Part shown: piece by piece, positions 25,881-39,950 of the stretch
Numbering within the stretch: the first letter of the stretch is position 1
Layout of the letters: every line of letters begins with the position of its first letter
From: Tubulanus polymorphus
Lineage: Eukaryota; Animalia; Nemertea
Direction: 5' to 3'
NCBI RefSeq assembly: GCF_964204645.1
Contig: NC_134026.1
Location: 17,394,150 to 17,458,149, forward strand
Length of the DNA: 64,000 nt
Position numbers and translations under genes: made by a program
Notes under the pieces: generated by a model
Told to the model about the DNA's origin: nothing
Database searches by the model: none
Seen by the model: only the letters and a program-made list of their open reading frames with translations

Positions 25881-26129
25881 AAGTAGACTTTGATTTAACC
25901 GATTCCTTCGATCTTGCTCTCTGTCATACTATCACTATCTTCGACGTAATCATCCATTTGCAGAATGTCCTATTTTCAGACAATCAGTTCATAACGCAAT
26001 TTTCATAGACAAATAGTTTGGAATGGCCCTCAAACTAATCAACTCCAGTCGTCATTTCAGGATCTTATGAAATTCCTGCCCCTTCTAAAACATGTATAAG
26101 TAGCTGTACATAACAATTTTAGTATTTCT

Positions 26130-26460
26130 TCTAGCAATGATACTATCCTTAAACCGTTGATCATATTGCGAAAGCGCGCCATTAGAATTATCAGCAAGTC
26201 GCACTATTTTGAACATACCGAGCCTATCTTTAAAAGACTCAAAATTTTAAAATTCAAAGCTATTACCAAGTTTCAGTTATCCATATTCATGCATAATTAC
26301 ATCAACTCAAAGTTACCTAGTTCTTTTAATTCCTATTTTCATAAAGGTACCAATTTCCACGTTATACCACTCGAAATAATAATGTTTTTTCAACCTTCTT
26401 TTTGTCTTAGCAACAGACGACAAAAATATATACCACACGTTTTGTGTACAACTGTATAGA
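26130..26460 (+). mobile_element. CR1/L2-group LINE ORF2 C-terminal fragment
   Basis: LIILRKRAIRIISKSHYFEHTEPIFKRLKILKF...FMH......LP.SF..YF is the typical post-RT segment of CR1-group LINEs. Confidence 0.8.
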
Positions 26461-28302
26461 ACGACTGTCATGTGATTTGTATAGATAACTTTTTCAAAAT
26501 CGAATGACTCATAAATTACAAATGTTCATCATTTTAATTGGCCATGCTTCCCACACACGTCAAATTACCGAAGTTTACTGGTGGCTTTATAACGAGCTGT
26601 TATTAATGTCAAAAATTTAATTGAGTTTTTGAGCAGAATTAGGACTTATTTCGGGAAAATGAAAAATACCCCCGCAACTAATAAATCCAGATTCCCAATA
26701 CACCCACACCAAAATTCATCATCCGATGGTTATTAACAATGTTATGAAAATTGGATATATACGCTTCTTGATTTTGTTCAAAGTTATTGGAGCTATTATA
26801 GCGCCGTAGATGTTTACTAAATGTTGCCTCAATAGTACTTGTAAGTCTGTTTCATGAGATATGATTATGATTGCCTATTTTGTGAAAAGGTCAAAAACGA
26901 ATATTGTCTTAATTACCGGTAGAAAGTCGTTGATGTCTTATGTCTACTTGCGACGACTTTTTTGAATCATCGCACGAGAAAACAAAACAATTGGAAAGAC
27001 AATAAAAAATGTTTCATCGTTCTTCTAGCCGTGCAGAAAAAATTGTGGAAATGTGGAAACCTCGGGGTTTTTGAACGTAGAATTTCCAACTTTTCAAATT
27101 ATGGAACTTTATCATAATGTATAGTAGCCTATAAATATGTGGTAGGCCCATGTTATATCCTTACCCGCAGAAACCAAACGGTTCTCAGACACATGACCTG
27201 TGTCCGTGGAGTCTGGTTCCTTCGATCACCTCCTGAAGATATATCATGCCTGTGGAGACCCCAGGTATTTTAGAACTATATAGCAAACAAACATGTTGAG
27301 AAATTTGATGATTAGTGAAGTTTGATTGAGTAGTGAATTGAATTGGATCATTTTATAGTGTATGAATACCATTTGGTATGGATGATCTGAACCCGTGGAC
27401 GCCGCAGGTAACAAATACGAAACACACTTTACAATGAATTAATATTATGCTGTACTTAAAATTTCCTGTGCCCGTGGAGGCTACTATTTGGAAAAATTGT
27501 ATTCCCAAAGCAGGAGTCGAACCTATGAACTACTGTGTCAGTCGTGTGCTGGTCCATTCAGAGAATAAATTTCAATTTCAATTCGCACGCTTATTCAAAA
27601 TGGAACCATCGACTAAAAAATTCAAGCATTTATATGCTCTTTAAGAATCTTAGAAATAACTTTTAATTGCATTTTAATATTGCAATTCAAAGTTTGAAAT
27701 TTGAAGGCTTTAATTTGAATTTGAAAGTTTATGACTAGATGCCAATGACGCTAACTAGTCTTCACTATTTGCGCTATGCATATGCGTTCTCTGATTCGTT
27801 GAAATTGCTGCACGTCGCAGCTGAGCTCAGGCCGGTTGTGCTTGGAAGCAACTGTCGGCCTTCTGTAAGCCGGAGTAGAACATAGGCCCATTTAAACGAG
27901 AAGAAAAGTCCTTTATTTTCAAAACCTTTAAAACGGCACCTCCCTTAAGGCCTCCTCGCGAGCAGGGCCCAACGGAGCCGCTTGCAGTTCATCCGTGTAG
28001 ATGCACGATCACGAGAAGGCGACTTCACTGAGTCCGATTAACAGCTCAGATAAAAAAGCCGTATGAAACGGCTGAAAGCAGAATAAACAAAAATGATAAT
28101 AATCTCGAGCATGGCAGCCTAACGTACCGTGGTTTAAGAAGCTGTTAAGAGATATAGCACCCAGCAAATTTCCGCTTATATGCCTTCACACAGGGTAACT
28201 ACATAGAAAAAATCTTCTAAATTCAACGACCATGCAACTAACGAGGAGAATACATTTTCAAAAACTTGCAAACTTAGCGAACTGTAAATTTCAGATATAT
28301 CG

Positions 28303-28632
28303 TGTTGGTGATGGTGATGCTGGAGAAGGTGATGGTGATACTGGAGGTGGTGATAATGTTAGTGATGATGGTGATGGTGGGATGCTGGGGCTTGTTATGG
28401 TATCGGTGCTAGAGAAGGTGAGGGTGGTGATTATGGAGATGGTGGAGATGATGGAGAATATAATGGTGCATATGGCGGAGACGGTGGTGATGACAGTTAC
28501 GTAGTGATGTTGAAGGTGATGTTGGTGATAGAGGTGATATTGATGGTGGTGATGGTGATGCTGGAGGAGGGGATGGAGATGATATGGTGGTGATGGTGAT
28601 GATGGTATTCATGCGGTAATGGTGGTAATGGG
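28303..28632. repeat. Degenerate (GGT/GAT)n trinucleotide low-complexity tract
   Basis: Imperfect GGTGAT/GGAGAT repeats. Confidence 0.9.
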
Positions 28633-31039
28633 GTAGTCATCCAGTTAACCAGTCCCCAAGCCGCCCAGTCCCCCAGTCGCCCAGTATACCATGCCACCTA
28701 TGTACAGTCGGCGGGGTCTTCGAATTACGTCAAAATGAAGAAACGAATCACTACCAACGTATGGAATATGTTCCCACTCCCTTGCACTACTACCCCGTAT
28801 TCTGCACTTGAGCCATTCTTCTCTCTTTACAATATTTTCTTTAAAAGAGTATACTCTTTCTGACATGGTCACACCAAACGATGGAGTCGACGCCCTACAA
28901 TAGGAGCAGTCCGCCTGTAGAGCCAATCACTAATTATTTTCAGGATCACATGATACGTCTGCGTAGTAGTGTCAGTCATCAAATCAGGTTTGAAATCCAA
29001 CGATATCTTTAATGGCAACAGCAACGCAGAAAACCCGTTATCGCTGCTTTGCAGCTACATTTACGATTTATTATAGTATCGTGTGAGAAAGAAAGTCATC
29101 GCAACAACCCAAAGTTAGTGGTGTGCCCTTTCGGCGATGCACCTACTTAGAGAAATATGTTTCGGTGAAAATTCATTTTTTTCATATCAAATTCATTTCT
29201 TAAACTGGACATATCTTAATAGCCCTTATCAACCACCGTCGCCAAGTGAGTATATAGTGAAAAAGCGAGTTGTCGTTATCTTTCAAGTTATTTTGACTGA
29301 ATTCGTACATCAGGGTACTTTGTACCAAGTTGCCCACATTGATCTTGTTTTATGGTACATATATCAACCTAAAGGTGGCACGCCTAAACATAGCCGTATT
29401 TCATGAACTGACAACCACAATTTCGACGAAACTTTGTACGCTTCGTGGTGCCGGGACGATATTCAAACCAGTAATGCAGAAATCCCGCTGTCGCTGTTTT
29501 TCAGCTATATTTAGGGTTTACAACCAATTCGGTTAAAAACTCAATTGTTATTCTTTTCATTGTTACCATACCTTTTACACATTTTTCGTTCTCAAAATTC
29601 GTCTCCTATCGAATTTGATAACTTACAGCGACTAAACGTAATATCAAATGCTGACAGAAATACAATAATCTTTTTGAACATTGATCCTGTATAGCGTTGC
29701 CTCCGAATTAATCTCCGGATAAATTACCTATTACACCGACTAGAATGTTTGATTCGTTTCATAATATCCCCTTCATTCCTCTGACGCATTCAATTGCACT
29801 ATGATCGGTAGCTACTTTTAGATCGTACGGGTCGGATTTATAAATACCCATTTTCACGATGCGATTCGATATCAGGCCTAAATAATTTCGTGTTAGACAA
29901 TTGCTTAAGCTGATCCTGATCAGAGTGCTAACGTTTAATCGATATGGTCATGTCCCCGGTCAATTTGAAGCAACATTTCTTTATATTTTCACTCTATCGA
30001 ATACAACTGTTTCAAGCAGCAACGATTTGTCAATTCAACCGTTTTTACCTCTTCGAAAGACCTAAATGCTACAATGGAACATTGGATTTAGGTGAGTTAT
30101 AAACCATAGTAGTGGTGGTGTTCTAAATCATAGCACGAAGTACTAAGACCTAGGCCTCGGTGCCCGCGTTGTACCCGCATAATCCCGAGTTTTGGCTGAA
30201 ATGCTCAAATATTCAAAATTTTTCGGGGTATGACTAACCCCCATCCTCCCCCGCCTGCGGCGTTCGCAACTTCAACCTGAGAGGCTACGTATGTAGCTTG
30301 TATTCTTCCAGAGAGACTATTTGCGTTAGAAATCTATTGTTCCATTTTCATAGCGGCAATAAGGTCTATTGTACTCAACCAGGCTACACGTAAAGCTTAA
30401 ATGGCGTTTCTCGTGTGTGCCCAGTCAAAGCCACGCTTACCGCCCACGTCGGTTATGATGTTGATTGCAGGAGCCAGTAGAGAATAAGTCAGTATTGGAG
30501 GCATTAGTTTCATTACAAAATACATACAGATATTAAGCTCTTTCCAATTCAAATAGTCGGCTTATCGACACATCAACGCACAACTATCTTCGTGGCGTCG
30601 GTGGGATGGTTATAAATCGCAATATCATCAACTTCGAATCCCTCAATAAAATGCTGAGTCAAATCAACTATAATTTTTTTAGTCAACCTAATATTTATAT
30701 TTGAAATGATGTTCTAGACTAATACGATTTAGTTTAGATGGTGTGTTACAATACCATTGAAGTTAAATATTCCTTCCACTGAATAAACAAAAGAAAAAGG
30801 CTGCTGCAATCGATTAAGTTCGAATCCTGAGTGAATTCAAATTAATTTCCTGCGATTATTGTTCCTTCTGGGATCACTGCTCGTGGGCCTGATACATGTA
30901 GGTCGACGATCTGTTTGTATGTGAAGATGAAGGAGCAGTAATAAATTACAAATCGTTATTTCATTACCATATCTTTGTATAACTGGGAAGCAGGGACACC
31001 ATGGTCGCTTGGTAAACTGCTTGGCAAATCTTACAATTT

Positions 31040-31970
31040 CAATATTCAACGCCCCTGATAAACAAATCTAATAATAAATGACTCGCCACAATTATAACAC
31101 ATGAGCAATTTATCGTGTTTACAGAATATGCATAGGCAACAACACATATGGAAATACCCCGATATACCATAATTTGACGCCCCCTGGTGAACATATTCGG
31201 AAATCAACGACATTGAAACTTCCCACAGTCATAGGGGATGTCATAAACTACACCTTTGATTTTGGATTAAAAATATGCATATGAACCTATACCAATATGC
31301 AATCTGTACAGAATTCAAAATTATTTTTAAAAAGTCCCTTGTAGCGAGAACAAAAACATACTGGGTGACCCTAATCCATGTGAGGAGATTATCCTATGAC
31401 AGCGCCCACAATTATCATATAGCAAAACGATAGTTAAACACCCGTTGATATTTTCCTCAAACACGACCTATACCCATCTACGCATGAGGACTGATAGGGA
31501 CTAAGATGGAGCTGCCGATGCGTGACAACTGCTTGATTGGAAAATTCATCGGATACATTAAAGTTCCCTTCCAAAAAGTATACCCATCACAAAAGTGGCA
31601 AACTATTAACAAACTAAAAGTCTCGGGATTCACGCCTAAATGATTTTTTGAGGCATAAATAGGTCACTAGACGGCCACCTCGAATCCAATCGACTCAATT
31701 TACTTTTTATCATGCTTAAGGGCCTGTAAAATGTGGCGATTTCAGAGAATATCGATAGCCAATCCGTCGGTCATCTCGATTGTGGCCAGATCAGTTTTTG
31801 AGTTGCAGATGTGTCTAGGGTGCAACCAAATAATAGCAATTCATCGAAGGGTCTCTAATTGACCTCTTTCATATACTGGATTCCATCCACACACCGAGGA
31901 ACGAACGGACTATAGGCGCAAAGGGGACGCAATAGCCTACTGGGACTTAAGCCCCAAATGGGCTAAAATT
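31040..31970 (+). mobile_element. Old Helentron/HINE-like element
   Basis: Recurrent ACGCCCC(C)TG motifs, and a 3' hairpin TAGCCTACTGGGACTTAAGCCCCAAATGGGCTA followed by AAA. The 5' boundary is uncertain. Confidence 0.4.
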
Positions 31971-32289
31971 TTGGGGCACAACAAAATGAAATAAAAAGGA
32001 TTTTATTTCCTATACCTAAATAAGTTCGTCGGCGGATCCGTAATCCATCTAATAGAACAAGAGGTCCATGGGCCTTGAAGCATTGGTAGATTATACTGCA
32101 GTTCAGTGTTCAAGTGATTAAACGTACATCCGCCGGCAAATGTAAAATAATGACAGGGTCCACAGCACAACAGACTTAAAAGGTCAGTTTGTCGTGCGAT
32201 GTACGATTTTTATTCACGCATGAATATGTATGAGATTCATTGGGGAACCCGCAACACCAGTTATCCCACCAGATGGTGTGACGAGCAGT

Positions 32290-32418
32290 AGGTCGTCCTC
32301 TGTTATCTCTATGTTATTACTCTGTGCTATGTGTATTTCTGGTTTCGTGTTTTTAAGTTTTGTAAATTGTAAAATATATTGCATAAATTCTTGTTATATA
32401 TAAATATATATCTTGTTG

Positions 32419-32493
<75 letters not shown>

Positions 32494-32549
32494 AATATAT
32501 ATATACCAATGTTTGATTAGAGAGAAATAAACCATTCTATTCTATTCTA
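32290..32549 (+). repeat. LINE 3' UTR remnant containing an (AT)n tract (32420-32491) and an AATAAA + (TTCTA)n tail
   Basis: AATAAAACCATTCTATTCTATTCTA is the same type of tail as the LINE end at about 55290 on the minus strand. Confidence 0.6.
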
Positions 32550-35500
32550 AGTCCGTTGTCAAAGATTCAGTTCATTTTCAATGAACTTTGAACTGGATTT
32601 TTAGACTCCCGAATCCATATACTATCACTACACCCACCAATCACTACAAGATACAATAAATTCATCATTCTACTCGGTATAGTTATCATTAATAATTGAA
32701 TCATTTAAAAGAAAAGATCATTCAGGTGAGATCGAAAGTGGAAGACCAGCTAATATATAAGCGAATCCTGGCGGTTCCTCACCTGCCATACGTGGAATTG
32801 AGCTTTTTAACTTGTTCGTAAAGAGCATGTACGGTGTAAGTGAAAAATCTATCCAAAGTTTGGAAGTAGTACGTACCTGATACTGGTAACTCGGAGTACA
32901 AGTCAATTCAATTCCGGGATGAACGTATAGTTTTTGCACCATTTGGGCTCTAAGAGGAGAAATATGTGTACAGTGTATTTAATTTGGTAACCTTTGGTTA
33001 CCTTGAAATCATTCACGCTCCCCCTAACTTTCCCGAATCTTTAAGGGCTGTCCATAAAAGACGTAAGGGCTTATGGATGTCCACCTTGAAATAGGGGGTC
33101 ACTAGTTTAAGACCATCGTTTGTGGATAAAAGTGTACGTAAGTAAAATTAAGTAACTCAACACTGTAAAACTAATTCAATACTCAAAATTGTAAGATTCA
33201 AGTTACTGATTCAAGACTTTTCGAAGTTGATATTGATCCAATCAACTTTTATGCTGCATCAAATCTTTATCAAGTGTGAAACCAAAGGTCCACTGTCCGT
33301 CGGACAAGGGTAATATGGATTTTATGTGGACATATAGGGAAGGGGGTCAAATTTTCCGTATATTTGCGTGGGAGTCTTCGTCAGTCCCTTATGGAAATGT
33401 AAATGATGTTTAAATATAAAAATAACTATTGTAAGGCTCATATATGTCTTAATGAGCATTTCAGCCCTGTATTTCAGCGTCGTCAAAATCGTTATTTTGT
33501 TGGTTGACTCTAAGTATCTATGTAAGTAACTAACAACCCTCCCCCCCCCCCCCCCCAACATTCAAATGCTAGGCACGGCCTTGCATTATGTTTTATACTT
33601 CAATTACTGCGAAGTTGCAAAAAGCATTTCTGCGATAAAGTTTTTCTAGTATATAAGTTATCAATAAACGTGATATGGAAGTATGAACTGTCTGGTACTA
33701 CTACACATATCATGCGATCATGAAAATACTGGTTAAAAGAGGTTGCCGGTGATGGTGCGCGTCTATTGTACAACGTTTATTGCTAAAATCAAATAAACCC
33801 CAAATTACCAAAAATGGATAATAATCATCTTCGCCACAGCGAATAGTCCGGCATTTTGCCTACGGCGGCGTCAAGTAAAAGGCTTATCCCGGGAGTCCTC
33901 TCCCGGGACAAATTTAACTAACTACGACTATGATAGATTAATCTACGAATAACAAAAGTAAGTTAGATTCATCGATCAATTCAAATTCATAGGGACCTGC
34001 GCAACCGAAGTAGGCATGTTTAGGTTTCTTCAACATTATTGTCCCGTGAAAGAAGGCCACGACCCAATTTAATGCCTCACGTAGGTCGGGCATCAAATCT
34101 AAGCGTTTTTCCTGGAATTAGTTCTCGTGTTAAATTCAACAGAAGTCGAAACAAAAATGATCTAAAACAAAGACTAGTTTAAGGGATACATAAATATCGA
34201 AAAAGCTGCGGAAATCCCGTTATCGCTGATTTGTAACTATATAGATTGTTATATTTTGTACTAAAAGGGTATTCCTAACGTTTCCAATAATATAGCTGCA
34301 AAGCAGCGATAATGGGTTTTCTGCCTAGCAGCATGATTAATATGCAAACCTTTCGAAATTGAAGTGAAACAGAAAAGAAAAAAAGAAATGTTATTATCGG
34401 GGATTCGATTTTGATATGACTGGTACCACTACGCCAATCTATTTATCACAGTAAGACCCTACAAATCACGCTCGATATGACAGAGTGCGAACCAGCACTA
34501 TGCGACTATTCAATACAAAAGTTAACATTCATTGGCGAGTATCGGATTGTAACCCAAAACGGCTGTTTCGGATGTTGGAACTGAAACCAAATTTCATTTG
34601 TACTTTTATTTCAATGGAATTCATACCAATCATGGCTGGCTAAAAAGTATTTGCAATGTTTTCATATATGAATTAAAATCTGTGTTGTCAATGAAAATCT
34701 TATATTAAGCTCACGGAGAAAATACGAGTTCCTCGTTTTCCAACGCTACGAAACGTGAGGTTCTCAGAGGACACCATACATATGTATCAGACAACAGTTG
34801 ACCCTCTAAATATACACCAATATATTCCGACAGAACACTAGAGCCACGGCAAGTATCAACAAATTATTCAGAAAGCCTTTACAAGCCTGACAAATTACCA
34901 TAAATCTTTTACAAACCAACAAAATTATCATTATCATTATTTGTCATAATTATTCATTATCATTATTTGTCATGATTATCTATTATTGTTATTCATTATC
35001 ATTTTGTTATCGTTATCATTACCATTTTCATAATCCGGAGGAAAGCAGTAGGGTTTCCTGTAAAAGGAAGCAGAAAACCCCAAGTATTTAGACATGAATT
35101 ATCAAACGCTACAGCGATTGAATTTGTGCAAATTATCGCCTCAAAGTCATTATCTCGTGTTAAACATCGTAAATTTTGCCCAGATGAATGAACCGCCATG
35201 TTACTTACTCTTCGTATCGCAACGATAATGAATTCAATGGTATAATTTGATTCATTCCGCAAGTTGAATAAATTCTTGAATATTCTATTACGTTTACAAG
35301 ACAGAACCGATGTCCATACAAAATTCAAAGACATGATAGTTACTATTCTGCAGATTATTTTTGCTCCATAATTAGTTTGTGTGACCTAGCCACTAGGGGG
35401 CGATGATCATGAGTAACTCATTTCATATGTATACAAATTCATATATAAGGTACAGCAGAAAACCCGTTATTGCTGCTTTGGGGCTATATTTATTTTCTAT

Positions 35501-36637
35501 CATCATTATCATCCTTATTACGCGCTAGTTCAGTTCTGTTAGTTCTGTCATTGGCATCCGGTAGTTTATTAGAATTGTTTTTTAAGAATATCAAACGCTT
35601 CAGGGGAAGCATCGCTACGTGATTGCGATCCGTTTTAATACAAACTATGGACCGGAGTGTGGTTTCATGCATAACGTCCTGGTGTATGACGTACAGCATA
35701 TCGTTCTGCGTGCTGCGTATCTCTGGATAATGTATCTTCGATTCCATGCTTGGAGTAAAATTTGTGTGGATGTAATACATGAAAGATTTCTGACAAGATA
35801 TTTCAGATTCATCTGGAACCTGTATATTGTCATCTACGTAGGTTTAACGTTTGCGCCAGAACCCAGGAAAATACGAAACAGAACTTAAGAATTAATTGAA
35901 CAAACAGAAAACCTGGTTTTCGTTTGGCACCGGAAGCTAACTTGTCAACACAGTAGAGAAATCGAAAGCATGGTTTATTGTTGTATGAATATATTGCCTC
36001 ACGATTAGGGTATAATTTGCTATAAATCAAAGAATTCGAAAGACGTCGAAGAGCAACCGGAAGCTAACTGACGTGTTTGCCTAGAAACGACGTTACCGTG
36101 CCTGAAAGATACATCCTGAGACATAATCCCAAAGATTTCATCACATGCTCAGAATGGATTCGTGATAAATATTCTTATCAAAAACTAAATCTTATTCAAA
36201 AACTTGATAATCACATTTATGTTGTAAAGAGAAATCCGAAGATTTATTATCTAATCCAAGTCTAATACATATTTCAACGGTTTAGAATGCCACCATGGTT
36301 GTTGACATAAACGGACATTATGTATACGGTGACTGCAAACATGTGTTGTGCGAGCAAAGGGAGAATCGCCTTTGTATAATGGATAGACAGATGCTCACCG
36401 TCCTGCGATTAGTACTAACGTTAAGCAGCAAAAACTTAATTCTCTCTGCAATTCTCACCATCTCCTGAACCATAATACGAGCAGCAACAAGTTAATGGCC
36501 TCTTATGTAGGTAATCTTTTCGAAGCAAAGCTAGCCAGTGAATTCTGGTGATTTATTTCGAAACATACGTAATGAATGGTGTGCGTTTGCCGTTTGTTTA
36601 CCGAAAAATAACATACGATTGTAAGAAAATCAAAGAG

Positions 36638-36903
<266 letters not shown>

Positions 36904-39699
36904 TATTGTGCTTTGAACAGTTTCTAAATGATCAACAAAATTAATTGGTACCGGGCCCTGAATATCAAATACGCCTCGGAAATGAACACTTAATCGGACG
37001 TTAGGTTGGTGGGATGTAACTTGCATACATGTGTACCGGAGATTAATTAGTACCAGTATAAAAATACACTGCGATATGAAAAAAAAAATAAGAAAAGGGT
37101 TGGCTTTATTATAGTTATTCAACATTTCATCAATATCAATGACGTACGATACTCTGAATTATTCTAAGGAAATACGTTTGGACATACCTTGTAGCTTTTT
37201 CTCCAGTGACGGTATATCCTATTCATGTTTCTTTAGTGTCAATGGGCCGCGCATCAGCACTACAAAAGCGGCCCAAACCGTTCTTATTATACCGGTAATA
37301 CATCCTCAGCAAAATTGCTCCGGCTATATCAATTATAAACCTCCATGAGCAACTTTCAGATATATTTATACACGCATTTGATACCGATATTTGTAATTGG
37401 CTGGACTCTCTGTATGGTGTCAGCCGATCGAAACCTTGTATTTTGTCAGTCTGATATTAATGGCTATCCAGATAGAGTTATCGCAAACCATCTTTAGCGC
37501 ATGGCTTTATTACGTCGGGAGAAAGGTAAATTTGTGTATTCCAGTACCCGAGGCACTCCATGTAATTGCAGCAATTTTATGCATATCAGGAGTATTATGC
37601 TTGACCCTAGACGAATGGACACGCGTCGTGCACCGCACGTTAGCACATATATATTCGTGAAAAACTGACTCGTCCCGACACACATACAAATCCAGCTAGT
37701 ATTTTGTAATATTCCAACGTGCTGTGTTGCTGGCAATCGTTCACGCTACGTGCTGCTGGTAAGCTCTTCACTTATCCGAGATTCCGATATCACCGGAGGT
37801 TTTATGATATAATTTATGGTCAGAACAAACGTGCTTTTAGGCGTAGTAACGGCTTCGTCTCAAAGCTGACAAATGTCCGTATTGATCGTAAAATACCTGC
37901 GCAACACCATGCAGTGCCGAGACGCCAAGACAATCCTCAGACAATAAATCTACCCTGTCATACAGAATCAAGCAATCGATGAGATCAATCCGCACAGGGA
38001 ACTGATTCAATACGTGTTTTTACTTGGGATGTGGAGATGTAATCAATAGCACTGATCCTTGTTAGGTCTGGTATTTCAAATGGATGAGATAGGGGTGCAG
38101 ATATATAATCCTATTACCACTAATACCATAACAGGGTCCCTTCGATAACCAACGAGGTAGCATTATCAGGATTGTCCATGTTATTACGGTAAAAAATGAA
38201 TAGTGTAGCCAATTCAATGAAACAATGTAGGCCTATATATAAGGGTGATCACAAAGCGGGATAAACTGGTAAGAGTTTAGAGTTCCGGACCAGTTTATGT
38301 ACATCAAAACTAACTGGTCCCGGTTTAGTAAGCCTACCGATTAATGGAAGGGCTATGGATGATGCTTGTGATGTATCAGCCTATAATCATTCTTCTGCAT
38401 ATACGATGCACCATAGCAGATCTGTCTAGAGTATACAACTGAATATTTTCAATACCGTATACAGTATAAACGCAAACGTGCGCCCTCTGAATTTCATGTG
38501 CTTTTTAGTTTTGAATTAGAACATTCAAAATATATCGCTGACGTTTCATAACATGTTGACTATGATACGTCCGTAATTTTGGATTTCGACATCGAACATG
38601 AGGACCACTCGATTCTTCGTCATCTCAAGAATAACATGGAATCGAATGGCGATGTCAAAATCTCGAATGTTTTCCGACTTGTTGGATATATAGGCTCTTA
38701 TGTTAGTAATAAATGCTTTGAATTTGAGGAAATGACTCTTATGTTGGATTTGAATTCATCGAATAATCAAGATAGCAGCTCGAACCGCGGAATGTAAGTA
38801 CCGGTACTATGTATTTGCAATCGAAATGTTCTGCGAGAGACAAAAATGGTTCATATATACACACGCTGATAAATCACTCGGCTATGCTTCCAAGACAGTT
38901 CTACGAGACCTTCCGCCTCCCTGACGAGATCAAGCCCTCGTAATGATTGCAGCTGTATCTGTAATCGAATTCCCAGCGAACGATAGCGATCCAGTGAAAT
39001 CTCTTTGACATGTAGAGTTTTTAATGCAGAGTAGGACCGAATTTTACTGTCAATCACCGCGTGTCCCCATACTGATTTTGCAAAAGAAATAAAATAGCTT
39101 GGGTGTGAAAGGAAGTCCTCTTTGATCCACAGTTGATTAAATAACTCTTCCTTCCGAAATCTATAATTACTATTTTCGTAAATCATTGGCATGCAACATG
39201 AAATAAAACCAATATCTGATCCAAAGAATTTCTCATGAATAACGTTTTTTCTCACATAGTTTAGAAAATATATGAATAGGCTCTATGAATAGTTACCCCA
39301 GACCACACACTAACGCAATTTGTTACATCACAATAGGTGTGTGTTCTGACTTATCATCGAAGCTTACCCAGCATTTTAATTTAGTAACAGATCCTGAAAA
39401 CAGGTCCAATTATCTTAGTGACATTTGAAAACGTATTGCTCAATATCGAAACGACTGTATGACATATCACGATGGCTAACAAAAATCTGATTACCTATAA
39501 TGAAAAATCGCCACCCTCTTCAGTCCACTTCACTTACATAATTGACCCATGACATTGTACTACAAAATTATTACCAATATTGTCCTATTTGACATACAAT
39601 ATAATACAGTTATATAGTAACAATAATAAACATAGCTGCGAATCAGCGATGTTTTCCAGCTGCCACATGAATATTCGAAATGGTTGGGTTGAAGTATTG

Positions 39700-39950
39700 C
39701 CATATCTCCATATATAGTTTACTGTCATCCGCCAAAGTATGAAATTAACAGGAGCTCTTGAATCTCTCAGAGATGTCGTTGATAAAAATTAGAAAAGGGA
39801 CTAGTGCAGAGTCTTAAGGAACCCCACTAAACATCAGAAATAGCGGATATGGCCCTCCCAACTTGAGGTCATCTTTCTTTCAGGAAATTTGATATCCAAT
39901 CTAGAATTTTATCTTGAATACCCATGCAGCGTAGTTTCTCATCAAACGTT
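39700..39950 (-). mobile_element. Degenerate CR1-group reverse transcriptase fragment
   Basis: Minus-strand KLRCMGIQDKILDWISNFLKER, GVP*DSALVPFLIFINDIS and ADDSKLY correspond to RT motifs, with stops and frameshifts. Confidence 0.8.

Noticed and set aside
27505-27565. GGTTCGACTCC B-box on the minus strand (a similar GTTCGAATCC lies at about 30818)
   Set aside because: I could not build a cloverleaf or acceptor stem. At most these are SINE remnants, not tRNA genes.
28232-28697. Gly/Asp-, His- and Thr-rich ORFs
   Set aside because: They are artefacts of a degenerate trinucleotide tract, with no splice or domain support.
25254-35491. The 37-bp hairpin motif as a CRISPR-like repeat
   Set aside because: The copies are irregularly spaced (tens of bases to kilobases apart), occur in both orientations and are diverged. 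They do not form an array.
38851-39255. 134-aa minus-strand ORF
   Set aside because: It has a non-ATG start, no recognisable motif and no convincing splice sites.
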